From Octopus vulgaris (taxonomy: Eukaryota), in the NCBI GenBank assembly GCA_951406725.2, contig OX597831.1, positions 24,180,001 through 24,244,000 on the forward strand: DNA of 64,000 bases, in the 5' to 3' direction. Position 1 is the first letter of the stretch. Every line of letters starts with the position of its first letter. Under the pieces are notes generated by a model. That model was given only the letters and a program-made list of their open reading frames with translations. It made no database searches and was not told the origin of the DNA. The position numbers and the translations under genes are program-made. This document shows, piece by piece, positions 26,101 through 39,550 of this stretch.

Positions 26101-26168
26101 GAAGAAGAAGAAGAAGAAGAAGAAGAAGAAGAAGAAGAAGAAGAAGAAGGTGATGATGATGATGATGG
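25755..26168. repeat. (GGT)n, (GAT)n and (GAA)n compound tract
   Basis: Direct reading. Confidence 0.95.
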
Positions 26169-26660
26169 TTTCCGGTGCCAAAAACATGACATGAGCAAAG
26201 AAGAAAAGGAAGTCTTTGGCAACTTTATAGTTTATTTGTTCCAAAAATGCATTAATTGGTTAATCTTTTGATCAATTTTTCATGACGAAATTTTCTGTCA
26301 ACGGAATTTGTGAGAATTCTCCGGAAGAATGGTAAAGATCAGAAAAAGTTTTAATCTTGTCCACTCTTCCTCTCGTAGATTGATGTTTTGTCAGCCAGAA
26401 TAAATACCATTTTATTTTTAATGATCTCCAGTCATGAGATTGCTATGTGAATATAAACATTTGAACAATTTGCCAAATTCTACTCCTCTGTCTTTTAGAA
26501 TTAGTGCAATTTTTAACATCTTTAAAGCGATAACAGAGTTACTAGCAGCTGGACATGTCCAGAGAATTTGGACAACTGGCCAAAATAATTCCTTTTGTAT
26601 GTTTTCGTCATTTGTATACCATCAGTGGTGCTACTATAGCCACATTGGAAAGATGTTCAT

Positions 26661-26987
26661 ATGGAGTGTTGTTCTTACTTAGTGGTTAGGGGCATTCGGC
26701 TCGTGATCGTAAGGTCGTGAGTTCAATTCCTGGCGATGCATTTTGTCCATGAGCAAGACACTTTCTTTCACATTGCTCCAGTCCACTCAGCTGGCAAAAA
26801 TGAATTGTACCTGTATTTCAAAGAGCTGGCCTTGTCACACTCTGTGTCATGCTGAATCTCCCCGAGAACTACGTTAAGGGTACACATTTTTGTGGAGTGC
26901 TCAGCCACTTGGATGTTAATTTCATGAGGAAGCTGTTCCGTTTATCGTATCAGCTGAGACCCTCGGCATCACAACCAACAGAGTGTT
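26661..26987 (+). mobile_element. SINE with head D and tail N
   Basis: D head through 'ctcagctggcaaaaatgaat' then 'tgtacctgtatttcaaag...gagaactacgttaagggtacac', the same tail as the C-N copies. Confidence 0.82.
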
Positions 26988-27082
26988 CATTTATTTACTT
27001 AACTGAGCAAAGGCCGTGAGTTCAAGTCCATTACATGATTTTACAACAGATGTAGTGTGTTGTTTGTATATTTGGTAAAATA

Positions 27083-27455
27083 GGGCGGTGAGCTGGCAGA
27101 AACGTTAGCACGTCACGCGAAATGGTTAGCGGTATTTCGTCTGCCGTTATGTTCTGAGTTCAAATTCCGCCGAGTATTGTTACACACTGGGGTCGATATA
27201 ATCGACTTAATCCGTTTGTCTGTCCTTGTTTGTCTTCTCTGTGTTTAGCCCCTTGTGGGTAGTAAAGAAATAGGTTTTTCATCTGTCGCTACGTTCTGAG
27301 TTCAAATTCCACCGAGGTCGACTTTGCCTTTCATCCTTTCGGGGTCGATAAATAAAGTACCAGTTTCACACTGGAGTCGGTGTAATCGACTTAATCCCTT
27401 TGTCTGTCCTTGTTTGTCCCCTCTATGTTTAGCCCCTTGTGGACAATAAAGAGAT
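27083..27455 (+). mobile_element. Tandem dimer of SINE B
   Basis: Two B units; second starts internally after 'aaagaaatag'. Confidence 0.85.
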
Positions 27456-27762
27456 ATATTTGGTAAGACAAACGTTCATAGTATTTGTTAAAATTCAATA
27501 TTGTCACATGCATTTCTTTTCTTTTATGTTTTTTCTGAGATGCACCTATTACTCGGTGACGGGAGAAAAATGATTGGTGCATTCCTCAAAGCGTAAATCA
27601 TAAATATATAAATTACAACAACAACAGCAACAATAATAATAATAGTAGTCATTCACTAGTGATAATTATGATTAAATTTCTCTGGAAGTACCTGCACACA
27701 CATACACACACACACACACACACACGTAACATGATGCAAATGCATGAAGATGTATCTTTCTC

Positions 27763-27820
<58 letters not shown>

Positions 27821-28196
27821 TATTCCTATGTGCTTGGTGTATTTCTATGAATGCGCATAAATCTAAATTAATATGTCAGAATATTTCAAGTACCCGGCTT
27901 AAATGATTAGCAAAGTCATACATCATCGGAGCCCAGTTATTTAATAGCACAAATGAATAGTCACAAATCAGAGTTAATATGTAAACACAATACAAGCTAA
28001 TGACTCTTGACACAGCAACTCCTGGCAAAGTTTTGAAACATAAGGAATTCCCAAAGTGGTTGAATTTATCGAGGCAAACCAGTAAAGCAAGAATTATCTA
28101 ATAATACTTTAAAATGTATAGCAAAGTTCATTCTTTGAGATTTCAATTTACTCTTTACAACTCTCACTTTTCATGCTTTCTCGTGTAACCACTTTA

Positions 28197-28287
<91 letters not shown>

Positions 28288-28409
28288 TGTGTGAATATAT
28301 ATCTATCTACCTATATATATATACATATATATAAAAAGTCAAAAGTCAAAAGAAGGAAGAATAAGTAAGGTCAGGCAGCTTTTTAATTGCTACAAATGTT
28401 TCAATACAT

Positions 28410-28976
28410 ACGCACCAGGGTCGATGTAATCGACTTAATCCCTTTGTCTGTCCCCTCTATGTTTAGCCCCTTGTCGGCAAAAAAGAAATAACAGGGCAGT
28501 GACCTGGCAGAAACGTTTGCATGCTGGGTGAAGTTCTTAGCAGTATTTCGACTATCTTTACTTTCTGAGTTCAAATTCCGCCAAGGTCGACTTTGCTTTT
28601 CATCTTTTCGGGGTGGATAAATTAAGTACCAGTTACGCACTGGGGTCAATGTAATCGACTTAATCCGTTTGTCTGTCCTTGATTGTCCCTCTATGTTTAG
28701 CCCTTGTGGACACTAAAGAAATAAGAAACGTTAGCATGCCCGGTGAAATCCTTTGTGGTGTTTTGTCTGTCTTTACATTCTGATTTCAAATTCTGCTTAG
28801 GTCAACTTTGCCTTTCATCTTTTTGGAGTCGATAAATTAAGTACTAGTTGCCTACTGGAGTCGATAAATTAAGTATCAGTTGCATACTGGGGTTGATCTA
28901 ATCGACTGGACCCCTACCCCAAAATTTCAGGCCTTGTGCCTAGAATAAAAAAAAAATCATTAGCAAGCCCATCGTA

Positions 28977-29017
<41 letters not shown>

Positions 29018-29230
29018 ATGTGTGTGTCTTTGTGTGTATGTGTTTGTCACCCTAGCATTGCTTGACAACCGATGCTGGTGTGTTTATGTCCCCGTCACTT
29101 AGCGGTTCGGCAAAAGAGACCGATAGAATAAGTACTGGGCTTACAAAGAATAAGTCCCGGGGTCGAGTTGCTCGATTAAAGGCGGTGCTCCAGCATGGCC
29201 GCAGTCAAATGACTGAAACAAGTAAAAGAG
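28410..29230 (+). mobile_element. Cluster of three B units followed by a headless SINE A (28965-29230)
   Basis: Consensus matches. Confidence 0.8.
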
Positions 29231-29352
29231 TATACAAGGCAAAAAGGTTTTGCAGCATTTCATCCATCTTTATACTCTAAGTTCACATACCATCATCAAA
29301 GTCAAATTTTGCCCTTCATCCTTTCAGGGCTAATAAAACAAGTACTATTATA

Positions 29353-29718
29353 TTTCATTTCATTTCATTTCATTTGGGTTTGAGTCCATGCTTAGGCCAA
29401 GTCAAAGACTCCACCCTCAGAGTCTGGTGTGGTTGCCAGGTTGTATTCTCTGCTTAATTTTGACATGTGTAGGAACGAGTTTGAGTCAGTTTGTGCTCGT
29501 TGTGTATATCCTGGGAGATGGGGTTCATCTCTAATGGTGCTTAAGTATCTATCCAGTTGCAATTTGAATGATTCCACACTGCATCCTGATAGATTTCTGA
29601 CATGTACCGGAATGGAGTTGAACAGTTGTGCTCCTCGAACCAACAGACTTGATTCTCGCAGGGTTTTTGCTGCCTGGCCAGCCTTTTTGTTGATTGGTGG
29701 CAGCTGGGGGTCACTATA
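29353..29718 (-). mobile_element. 3' end of a CR1/L2-group LINE, 5'-truncated
   Basis: ORF 29392-29643 'RGAQLFNSIPVHVRNLSGCSVESFKLQLDRYLSTIRDEP' fits the LINE ORF2 C-terminal 'LxNxLP..R....FKxxLDxxL' pattern; (TGAAA)n tail at 29353-29374. Confidence 0.8.
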
Positions 29719-30030
29719 ATTATTTTACCCCTTCACCAGGTTTATCATTTTTACCCCTTCATTGTGCCAAAATTTGAACCCAACATTAGCAGCAACAGCC
29801 ACAATTCTTGCAATGCTGAGTAAAGTTAGTGAATAACTTTTTTAATCTCTGTCATTTGAATATTATGGATTTCACATAAGAAAATCCCGTACAGAATTTC
29901 TTGCGAGTAATTTAGAATTAAACCCTGCTGTGTATGTAATAACGACACACAATGAACGACATGCTAATACCTGATAATATTTCTGTAAGCTTGTAGTAAT
30001 GTTGTCTGTAAACATACACTGTGCATACCC

Positions 30031-30065
<35 letters not shown>

Positions 30066-30304
30066 CATATACTCATAGACATGTCTGTGTGTGTGTGATG
30101 TCTATATTTGTAAGTAATGTGTCTCTGCATATTGTGTACACATGTATATTATAAGTTTATATACGTAAATGCATATATATACACACACACACATATATAT
30201 ATGCATGTATATGAATATATATGTATATATCATCATCATCGTTTAACGTCCGCTTTCCATGCTAGCATGGGTTATATATATATATGTTTATCTATATGTA
30301 TATC

Positions 30305-30356
<52 letters not shown>

Positions 30357-30386
30357 TGTATGTATATATATATGTATATATATATA

Positions 30387-30460
<74 letters not shown>

Positions 30461-30871
30461 CGTTTATATGTATACATATATATGTATGTATGTATGAATG
30501 TATATATATATGTGTGTGTGTGTGCATTTGTATATATATGTATCTGGTGGGGGTGAGAAAGAGAGAAGACACCAGTATAGATAATAGAGGACTTATTGCC
30601 ATTTTGTCTTTCCTTTCCATTTCCATCTCCCACTTTTTCCCCTCCTCCACCTCTCACTCTCTCTCTCTATTCATATTTATAACATACTTATATACATACA
30701 CACACATGCATATACAAACGCATACATAATACATACATACATGCATACAAATGCACACACATACGCACACACACATATATGTATATAAATATATATATAT
30801 AAATGCACATGCGTACATCTCTACACTTGTCAATGTACATGCATGTGAGTGCAGCGTGTAGTAGTAGTAGC

Positions 30872-30957
<86 letters not shown>

Positions 30958-31657
30958 CAGTAGTAGTGATACTGTAATTTTTGTTGAGGACAAAACTGTT
31001 TCTGACGATAAAACAAATGGATTAGCCGAAGCAGAAAGATATTCTGTCAGGCTTTTAAATGAATCTCAGAATCTTGGAAATCTAAGAACAGCTTTACAGA
31101 ACCTGTCTCTTGTGTGATTCAATACAAATTCTGTGGATATATACCATTCGAGAAGTTAGTCAACATGACACCATACAGATCAGGATATCATATTGTTCAG
31201 TATTTGCTTTCTTGCTTTCTTTCCTCTTTCCTTCTTTCTTTCTTTCTTTCTTTTTGCGTTTTTGGTAGTGATTGTTGAGTTAGTGGATAGCTGCATGGAT
31301 GGTTAGGTGTTTCTTAAACAAAGAAGCTTTGTATATCAGCATTTCGGTGAGAAATAAGCTGAGAAATAATAGATGGTAAAGCAACCTCAGACGGTCTCAA
31401 TTCTTTTCAATTTAAATATAAAATGATTTCTGATTGAGATGCATTTTAGCTTTCAAGTTTGCTTCTTTTAAATTGTCTGTCTGCTTTGTTTAATTCTCTC
31501 TCTCTCTCTCTCACTTTCTCTCTCTCTCTCTATCTATCCCTGTATCTCTATGAGTGTGTGTGTGTGTATATATAAATATGTGTGTGCATGTGTCCTTAAT
31601 TGTAAACATGCACACACAGATAAACATACAATGTATATATATATAAATATATATATA

Positions 31658-31828
31658 TCATCATCATCATCATCATCATCGTTTAACGTCCGTTTTCCGC
31701 GCTAGCACGTGTTGGACAGTTCGACTGGGGTCTGGGAAGCCAGGGGCTGCACCAGGCTCCAGTCTGATCTGGCAGAGTTTCTACAGCTGGATGCCCTTCC
31801 TAACGCCAACCACTCTGCGAGTGTAGTC
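31658..31828 (-). mobile_element. Family E, 3' part only
   Basis: Tail and core, embedded in (AT)n. Confidence 0.8.
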
Positions 31829-31849
31829 TGTCATATATAAATATATATA

Positions 31850-31880
<31 letters not shown>

Positions 31881-32262
31881 GTCATTCAGTTTTATTTCAA
31901 AATTTCTTGCCAATAGAGAAAGAACCGGTTTCTAACCTAGATCCAAGGCTCCTTCATTGGAATTTTAACATCAACAAGATATTTTTGTATGTATATATGT
32001 ATGTATATAGATTTATATGCTTTGTTTTATGTATGTACTCTCATGCATATCGTTGCATGTTTAGACATTCTCATATATACTTATATGATAAACTTCTGGA
32101 AAGTTTTGCAGATTTTTACAGTTCCATTGATGGATTGGATCTGTAGTCTTCGAATCGGCTTTCCTTTCTGGTTTTGAGAAGCCTACTTTCTCAAGATTGG
32201 CATTTAGGCAGTGTGTTACATATCCCAATGCCTCAATAATTACAGACAATTATGTATGTATG

Positions 32263-32296
<34 letters not shown>

Positions 32297-32479
32297 TGTA
32301 TGTGTGTATGTATGCATGCATGCATGCATGTATGTATACTTACACACACAGTGGACTTCCATACTATAGCTGTCTACCAAATTTCACTCAAGGCATTGAT
32401 TATCATGAGGTCAAAGTAGAAGACACTTGCACACGGTGCTATGCAGTGGGACTGAACCAAGAATCATGTGGACTCAAAT

Positions 32480-32881
32480 TCTTTTATTCTTTTATTTGTT
32501 TCAGTCATTTGACTGTGGCCATGCTGGAGCACCACCCTTAGTCAAGCAAATCGACCCCAGGACTTATTCTTTGTAAGCTTAGTACTTATTCTATCGATCT
32601 CTATTGCCGAATCGCTAAGTGATGAGAGCGTAAACACACCAACATTGTTTGTCAAGCGATGTTGGGGGGGGACAAACACAGACACACAAACATATACACA
32701 CACCCACACATACATATATATGTACGATGGGCTTCTTTCAGTTTCCGTCTACCAAATCCACTCACAAGGCTTTGGTCGGCCAGAGGCTATTGTAGAAGAC
32801 ACTTGCCCAAGGTGCCACACAGTAGGACTGAACCCAGAACCAAGTGGTTCATAAGCAAACTACTTACCACACAGCCACTCC
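32480..32881 (-). mobile_element. SINE family A
   Basis: Consensus match; degenerate extra head at about 32350-32475. Confidence 0.88.
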
Positions 32882-33099
32882 GGTACCTAAACCACTCATG
32901 CTTACCTGTGTCTATATTTCTCTTAAATTTTTAGAATCCACAGCTGAAGGAGTCAGCCATGATACTTTGGTCATTGGGACTTTTAGTTCATGATTAATCC
33001 CTAAAACTTTAATCTGATATAAAAATTAAAAATAAGGATGGAATCAGTATATTATGGATTGTTAAAGCTTCACTCACATAGTTGTATAGCATCAGAATA

Positions 33100-33715
33100 A
33101 TATTGATTTCAAATTTTCGCACAAGACCAGCACTGTTAGGGAATGTGGTAAGTTGATTATATCAACCCCAGTGCTCAACTGGTACTTATTTTATTGACCT
33201 CAAAAGCATGAAAAGGAAAGCCAACCTTATTTCTTTACTGCCCACAAGGGGCTACACACAGAGGAGACAAACAAGGACAGACAAACGGATTAAGTCGATT
33301 ATATCGACCCCAGTGTGTAACTGGCACTTATCTAATTGACCCCGAAAGGATGAAAGGCAAAGTCGACCTCGGAGGAATTTGAACTCAGAACATAACAACA
33401 GAGGAAATACCTATTTCTTTACTACCCACAAGGGGCTAAACACAGAGGGGACAAACAAGGACAGACAAACGGGTTAAGTCGATTATATCGATCCCAGTGT
33501 GTAACTGGCACTTATCTAATTGACCCCGAAAGGATGAAAGGCAAAGTCGACCTCGGCGGAATTTGAGCTCAGAATGTAACGACAGACGAAATACCATTAA
33601 GCATTTCGCCCGGCAGGCCAATCTTAGTGGGATTTGAACTCAGAATGTGAAGACAGACAAAATGCTGCTAAGTATTCTGTCCAGCATGGTAACAATTCTG
33701 CCAGCTTGCCACCTT
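33100..33715 (-). mobile_element. SINE B dimer (33228-33620) nested in an older B copy
   Basis: Two near-identical units; older B halves on each side. Confidence 0.82.
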
Positions 33716-34261
33716 ATAGTACCAGAATAACGCTACAACTAGATTACATCTTTGGTTTCATTCCATAGTTAAGATTGTTTACTTTTTGACACTAAGACGA
33801 AAATAGTAGCTAACAAACCACAGGGTAGAAGAAGAGGTGACAGAATACAACAAGTACTATAGCCTCCAGTAATGGTGTCTCATGAAAAGTGCACATTTAA
33901 TACTACCAAGATAAACTTTTACACCATTTAAACAATAAAATAAAATTTCAAAAGAAATTATATATTTCATAGCTCCCTTTAAACTTCCAGTTATTATCTT
34001 GTAGCTTTTGAGATAGCCATGAAAGTTCCACAGATATAGCTTGTGTGCATAAAACCCGTTATAAAGGAATTTATAATTGGTTCATCTGGAATAAAACATG
34101 TATATACTGTTCTAGGAATTTAATTTACATCATGCAGCGAAGTATGAGTACCCTAGCTTATGTGTTTCTTCAATGGCGTTAGTAGGATTATCCATAAATC
34201 CCTGGATTATCTAAATTCAGTTCCTGATGATGTTGATTTTTGCGTTGCATCCCTTTTAAGG

Positions 34262-35404
34262 CAATGATTCTCATCTGGGGTCTGCGTGACCCTTGAGGGT
34301 CATCGTAAGATTTTGTTCTAAAATTTTATGTGCAATCAATTGATTGTGGCTGTGTGGTAAGAAGCTTGCTTCCCAACCACATGATTCCAGGTTCAGTCCC
34401 ACTGCATGGCATGACACCTTGAGCAAATGTCTTATACTACAGCCTCAGGCCAACCAAAGTCTTGTGAGTGGATTTGGTAGACAAAAACTGAAAGAAGCCT
34501 ATCTATATGTATGTGTGTGTGTGCATTTATGTGTGTGTACATGTGTGTGTGTTTGTTAGTCCCCACCCCACCATCGCTTGACAACCAATGCTGGTGTGTT
34601 TATGTTCCTGTAACTTAGTAGTTTGGCAAAAGAAACCGATTGAATAAGTACCAGGCTTACAAATAATAAGTCCTTGGGTCAATTTCTTTGACTAAGACCG
34701 TTTGAGCTGGTGCTCCAGCATGACTGCATTCAAATTACTGAAACGAGTAAATGAAAAAGAAAGAATAAAAAAATATACAAAACATTCTAAGAATTTGGTT
34801 TTCATACATTTCCTAATAATATTTAATTATAAAATTTATAATAGGACTTTTCAACCCTTTCGTTACTGTATTTATTTTGAGATGCTCTGTGTTTCTTTCA
34901 ATTGATTTTAAATATAACAAAGAATTTAGTAAAATAACTTAGTTATCATTCTGCTAGTGTTAGGAAAAAAAATTGTGACTAAGGTTTGGTGGAAGATTTT
35001 AATTCAAAATTTATGAAAACAAGACATTTGTACTCAGAGCCAGAGCCGGTTTCAGCCGGGTTGGTATCGAAAGGGCTTAAATTAATCATTTGTTAACCCT
35101 TTTGTTACTGTATTTATTTTGAGATGCTCTGTGTTTCTTTCAATTGATTTTAAATATAACAAAGAATTGAGAGTAAAATAACTTAGTTATCATTCAGCAA
35201 GTGTTAGGAACAAAAATTGTGACTAAGGTTTGGTGGAAGATTTTAATTCAAAATTTATGAAAACAAGACATTTGTATTACAGAGCCAGAGCCAGTTTCAG
35301 CTGGGTTGGTAACAAAAGGGTTAAACATCAAACGTATATAGGGGTCCATCTGAGTAAAACAGAATCAAAAGGATCCATAGGTAAAAAGTGGTTGAGAACC
35401 ACAG
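34262..35404. mobile_element. hAT-like MITE containing SINE A (34345-34765) and a piggyBac-like MITE dimer (34851-35324)
   Basis: Ends 'caatgattctca' / 'ggttgagaaccacag'; inner units bounded by (TTAA)CCCTTT(C/T)GTTAC...GTAACAAAAGGG(TTAA). Confidence 0.78.
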
Positions 35405-36154
35405 ATCCAAGATCTGTAACAAAAAGAACTAACATACCTGCAGGTCATAAAAGGATGGAACAAAATAAACTGAATACCAAAATACATTTTGTCTGGCACT
35501 ATGCCAATTCTGCCAAAAAAAAAAACTGCAATAAATATTAATAGCAAACAAATTTTTGTAGTTTTATGAGGTTCCGTTTCATTAATTAATTATTTTTAAA
35601 TTGTCCCCTGGAATATCAGGTGGTTGTATATATTCTTTAATTTTCTTCTTCTTTTGTTATTACTTTTCATACACTATTAATTACTAAGATTGGTATATTA
35701 ATTGGAATTGCTATTTAATTACAGCCTTCCATTAACTAAGACCATATCTGTCTTTCTAACCCTCTTCCACCATTTTCATGGCAATAACCAATTACACCAT
35801 TCTACTTGGAATTATTATTGTTTTACTCACTTTATATTGAGTTATCACAGATTTATCTGATTTTATTTGGGGGTGCTTTTTAAAGTTTTTATGCTTTCTT
35901 TTCTTATTTTATTTTATCTATTTTGTAATTATTATTATTATTATTTTTTCAATTGTTTTGCAGACACAAATTATTTATTTGAGGAGAAACTAAAAAGTAT
36001 ATTAATTAATTGATACAAATTAGTTATATTAGATTGATTCGTTAGCAAAATGTCTTACTATGGAAGGAAGACATTTCTGATTGTAAGAAGAGCAAATTGT
36101 AGAACAATATACATCTAGGAATGGTCAAATGCCAGCAGCTTTATTGATAGCTTT

Positions 36155-36910
<756 letters not shown>

Positions 36911-36958
36911 AATAATCCTCACACAGATTTGCCTTTTAGTTTTCTATCTGTCTGTATT

Positions 36959-36989
<31 letters not shown>

Positions 36990-37011
36990 TTCTCTCTCTT
37001 TCCCTCCTTCC

Positions 37012-37042
<31 letters not shown>

Positions 37043-37393
37043 TTCCCTCCTTCCCCCTCTCTCTCTCTGTCTTTCAAGCTAATTAGATGAGCGCTGAGCT
37101 TTTTGTATAGATGCCGTTTATCGTCTGCCCCAACATGTACCAGGGAGTCTATGCAGTTATTCAACCTACTAGAAATAGCAACCAAATTTTGATTAAGTTA
37201 CAGCTAATCATCTTGAAAAGGGAATACATAGACCCGATGCCTTTAATCACATAATTACACATCTTCTCATTCAGATTTGAAGTGAGCCTAAATGCAAACA
37301 ACAACAACAACAGCAACAGCATAAATAATTACACTTTTAACTGTTATCATGTTCCTTGCATTACCATTTTTATTTTTGTACATCATTTTTTTT

Positions 37394-37778
37394 TGGAAGC
37401 ACTTCGTCGGTTACGACGATGAGGGTTCCGGTTGATCCGAATCAACGGAACAGCCTGCTCGTGAAATTAACGTGTAAGTGGCTGAGCACTCCACAGACAT
37501 GTGTACCCTCAACGTAGTTCTCGGGGATATTCAGCGTGACACAGAGAGTGACAAGGCCGGCCCTTTGAAATACAGGTACAACAGAAACAGGAAGTAAGAG
37601 TGAGAGAAAGTTGTGGTGAAAGAGTACAGCAGGGATCACCACCATCCCCTACCAGAGCCTCGTGGAGCTTTAGGTGTTTTCGCTCAATAAACAATCACAA
37701 CGCCCGGTCTGGGAATCGAAACCGCGATCCTATGACCGCGAGTCCGCTGCCCTAACCACTGGGCCATTGCGCCTCCAC
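37394..37778 (-). mobile_element. SINE with head C and tail N
   Basis: 12-bp TSD tttgtacatcat at 37375-37386 and 37779-37790; short oligo-A tail. Confidence 0.9.
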
Positions 37779-38344
37779 TTTGTACATCATATACATTTGA
37801 GAACAGTGGTATGTTTGCCTGCCTGCCTGCCTGAATGAATGAATGAATGAGCTAGAAACAAGATCCAATGGACCAGTTGATGTTTTATTGAATTACTTGG
37901 TTACGTTACTATGTTCTAAAGCAATGATCTTGAAAAGGTGGATTTCCAAGCAAAGAAACAGAGCTGATGTGCTTTCTCCAAATTCAAGTGTATTTCTCTG
38001 AATTCAGCGGTATTAAGTGGTAGAGTAAAAGGATTTTTTTTCAAATTTCATCATGAAATCCTTTACTGTTGTTGGGATCTAAATTCTAAAGGAGCTTTGT
38101 TTATTCCTCAGAAATAAGTCTCCTCTTTACAAGAAGAATTCAAAGAATTAAAATTGAAAGGCATACTACACATAGACAGGCCTATTCAACTATTTTTATA
38201 TAGATTCATGATACACTAAACAAGCCAAGAAGGAAGCTTCTACATAGTTACTTGAACTGCTAGAAATAGCAGCCACATTTCTCTTCAGTTAGATTCTGCC
38301 ATCCTTTAAAATGTAGAAGAGAAACTGTTGAAAGATGTAATTCT

Positions 38345-38665
38345 AAAAGCACCAACCGAACATGGTCGATCCCAGTGCCCTCTGACTGGCTCTCATGTTG
38401 GTGGCCCGTAAAAAGCACTATCTAAACATGGTCAATGCCAGGGCCGCCTGACTGGCTCCCATGCCAGTGGCACATAAAAAACACCCACTATGCTCTTGGA
38501 GTGGTTGGCGTTAGGAAGGGCATCCATCTGTAGAAACATTGCCAGATCAGATTTAGAGCCTGGTGCAGCTGCTGGCTTTTCAGACCTCAGTCACACCGTC
38601 CAACCCATGCCAGCATGGAAAAGGGACATTAAACGATGATGATGATGGTGATGATGATGATGATG
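38345..38665 (+). mobile_element. Family E element inserted in a family F copy
   Basis: Units, core, (GAT)n tail. Confidence 0.8.
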
Positions 38666-38944
38666 ACTGGCTGTCACAGTGATAAAGATGTCTCAATGAT
38701 ACCTTTAATCAATGATCTAGCAGACTACAACTAATCTATGACTAAGCACGACCTGTTGAAAATAGCAACTACATCCCACTTAAACTTCACTCCACCATTT
38801 ACAAGATAAAAGAATAGGTTGGAAATACAATCCTAAATAGACTGGCTGAAAAGAAAATACAGGATCCTCACAGCAGGGATTAAAGTTGATCAAAGGCTAA
38901 ACAACAGCAATGCCAACTGCATCACAATATTCCAAGCTTTCAAA

Positions 38945-39550
38945 GGTAGCAAGCAGGCAGAAACATTAGCACGCCGGGCAAAATGCTTAGCAGTATTCCA
39001 TCTGTCTTTGTGTTCTGAGTTCAAATTCCACTGATGTCGACTTTGCTTTTCTTCTTCTTTTCATGGTCGATAAATTAAGTATCGGTTTTTTTACCGGGTT
39101 CAATCTAATCGACTGGCCCCCCTCCCCCCAAAAAATTTTCTGGCCTTGTACCTAGAATAGAAAAGAATATTCCAAGCTTTCAGCTGTCTGATAAACACAA
39201 CACCTCCATAAATGTCCTCTTGCATGTGTGTAGATGAGTGGTTTGAAGAGGTGTCTTCTACTATAGCCCCAGGCCAACCAAAGCCTTGTGAGTGGATTTG
39301 GTAGACGGAAACTGAAAGAAGCCTGTCGTATATATGTATATATGTATGTGTCTGTGGGTGTGTGTGTGTGTGTATGTGTGTGTGTGTGTGTGTGTGTAAG
39401 TTTGTGTGTCTGTGTTTGTCCCCCCAACATCGCTTGACAACTGATGCCAGTGTGTTTACATCCCTGTAACTTAGCGGTTTGGCAAAAGAGACCAATAGAA
39501 TAAGTACTAGGCTTACAAATGACTGAAACAAGTAAAAGAGTAAAAGAGTA
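38945..39550 (+). mobile_element. SINE B (38945-39168) and 5'-truncated SINE A (39250-39550)
   Basis: Consensus matches; 'aatattccaagctttca' is duplicated around the B copy (TSD). Confidence 0.82.

Noticed and set aside
30989-31117. Helical-looking peptide DKTVSDDKTNGLAEAERYSVRLLNESQNLGNLRTALQNLSLV
   Set aside because: Weak acceptor, no donor, no recognisable family; the ORF is extended only by an (AGT)n tract
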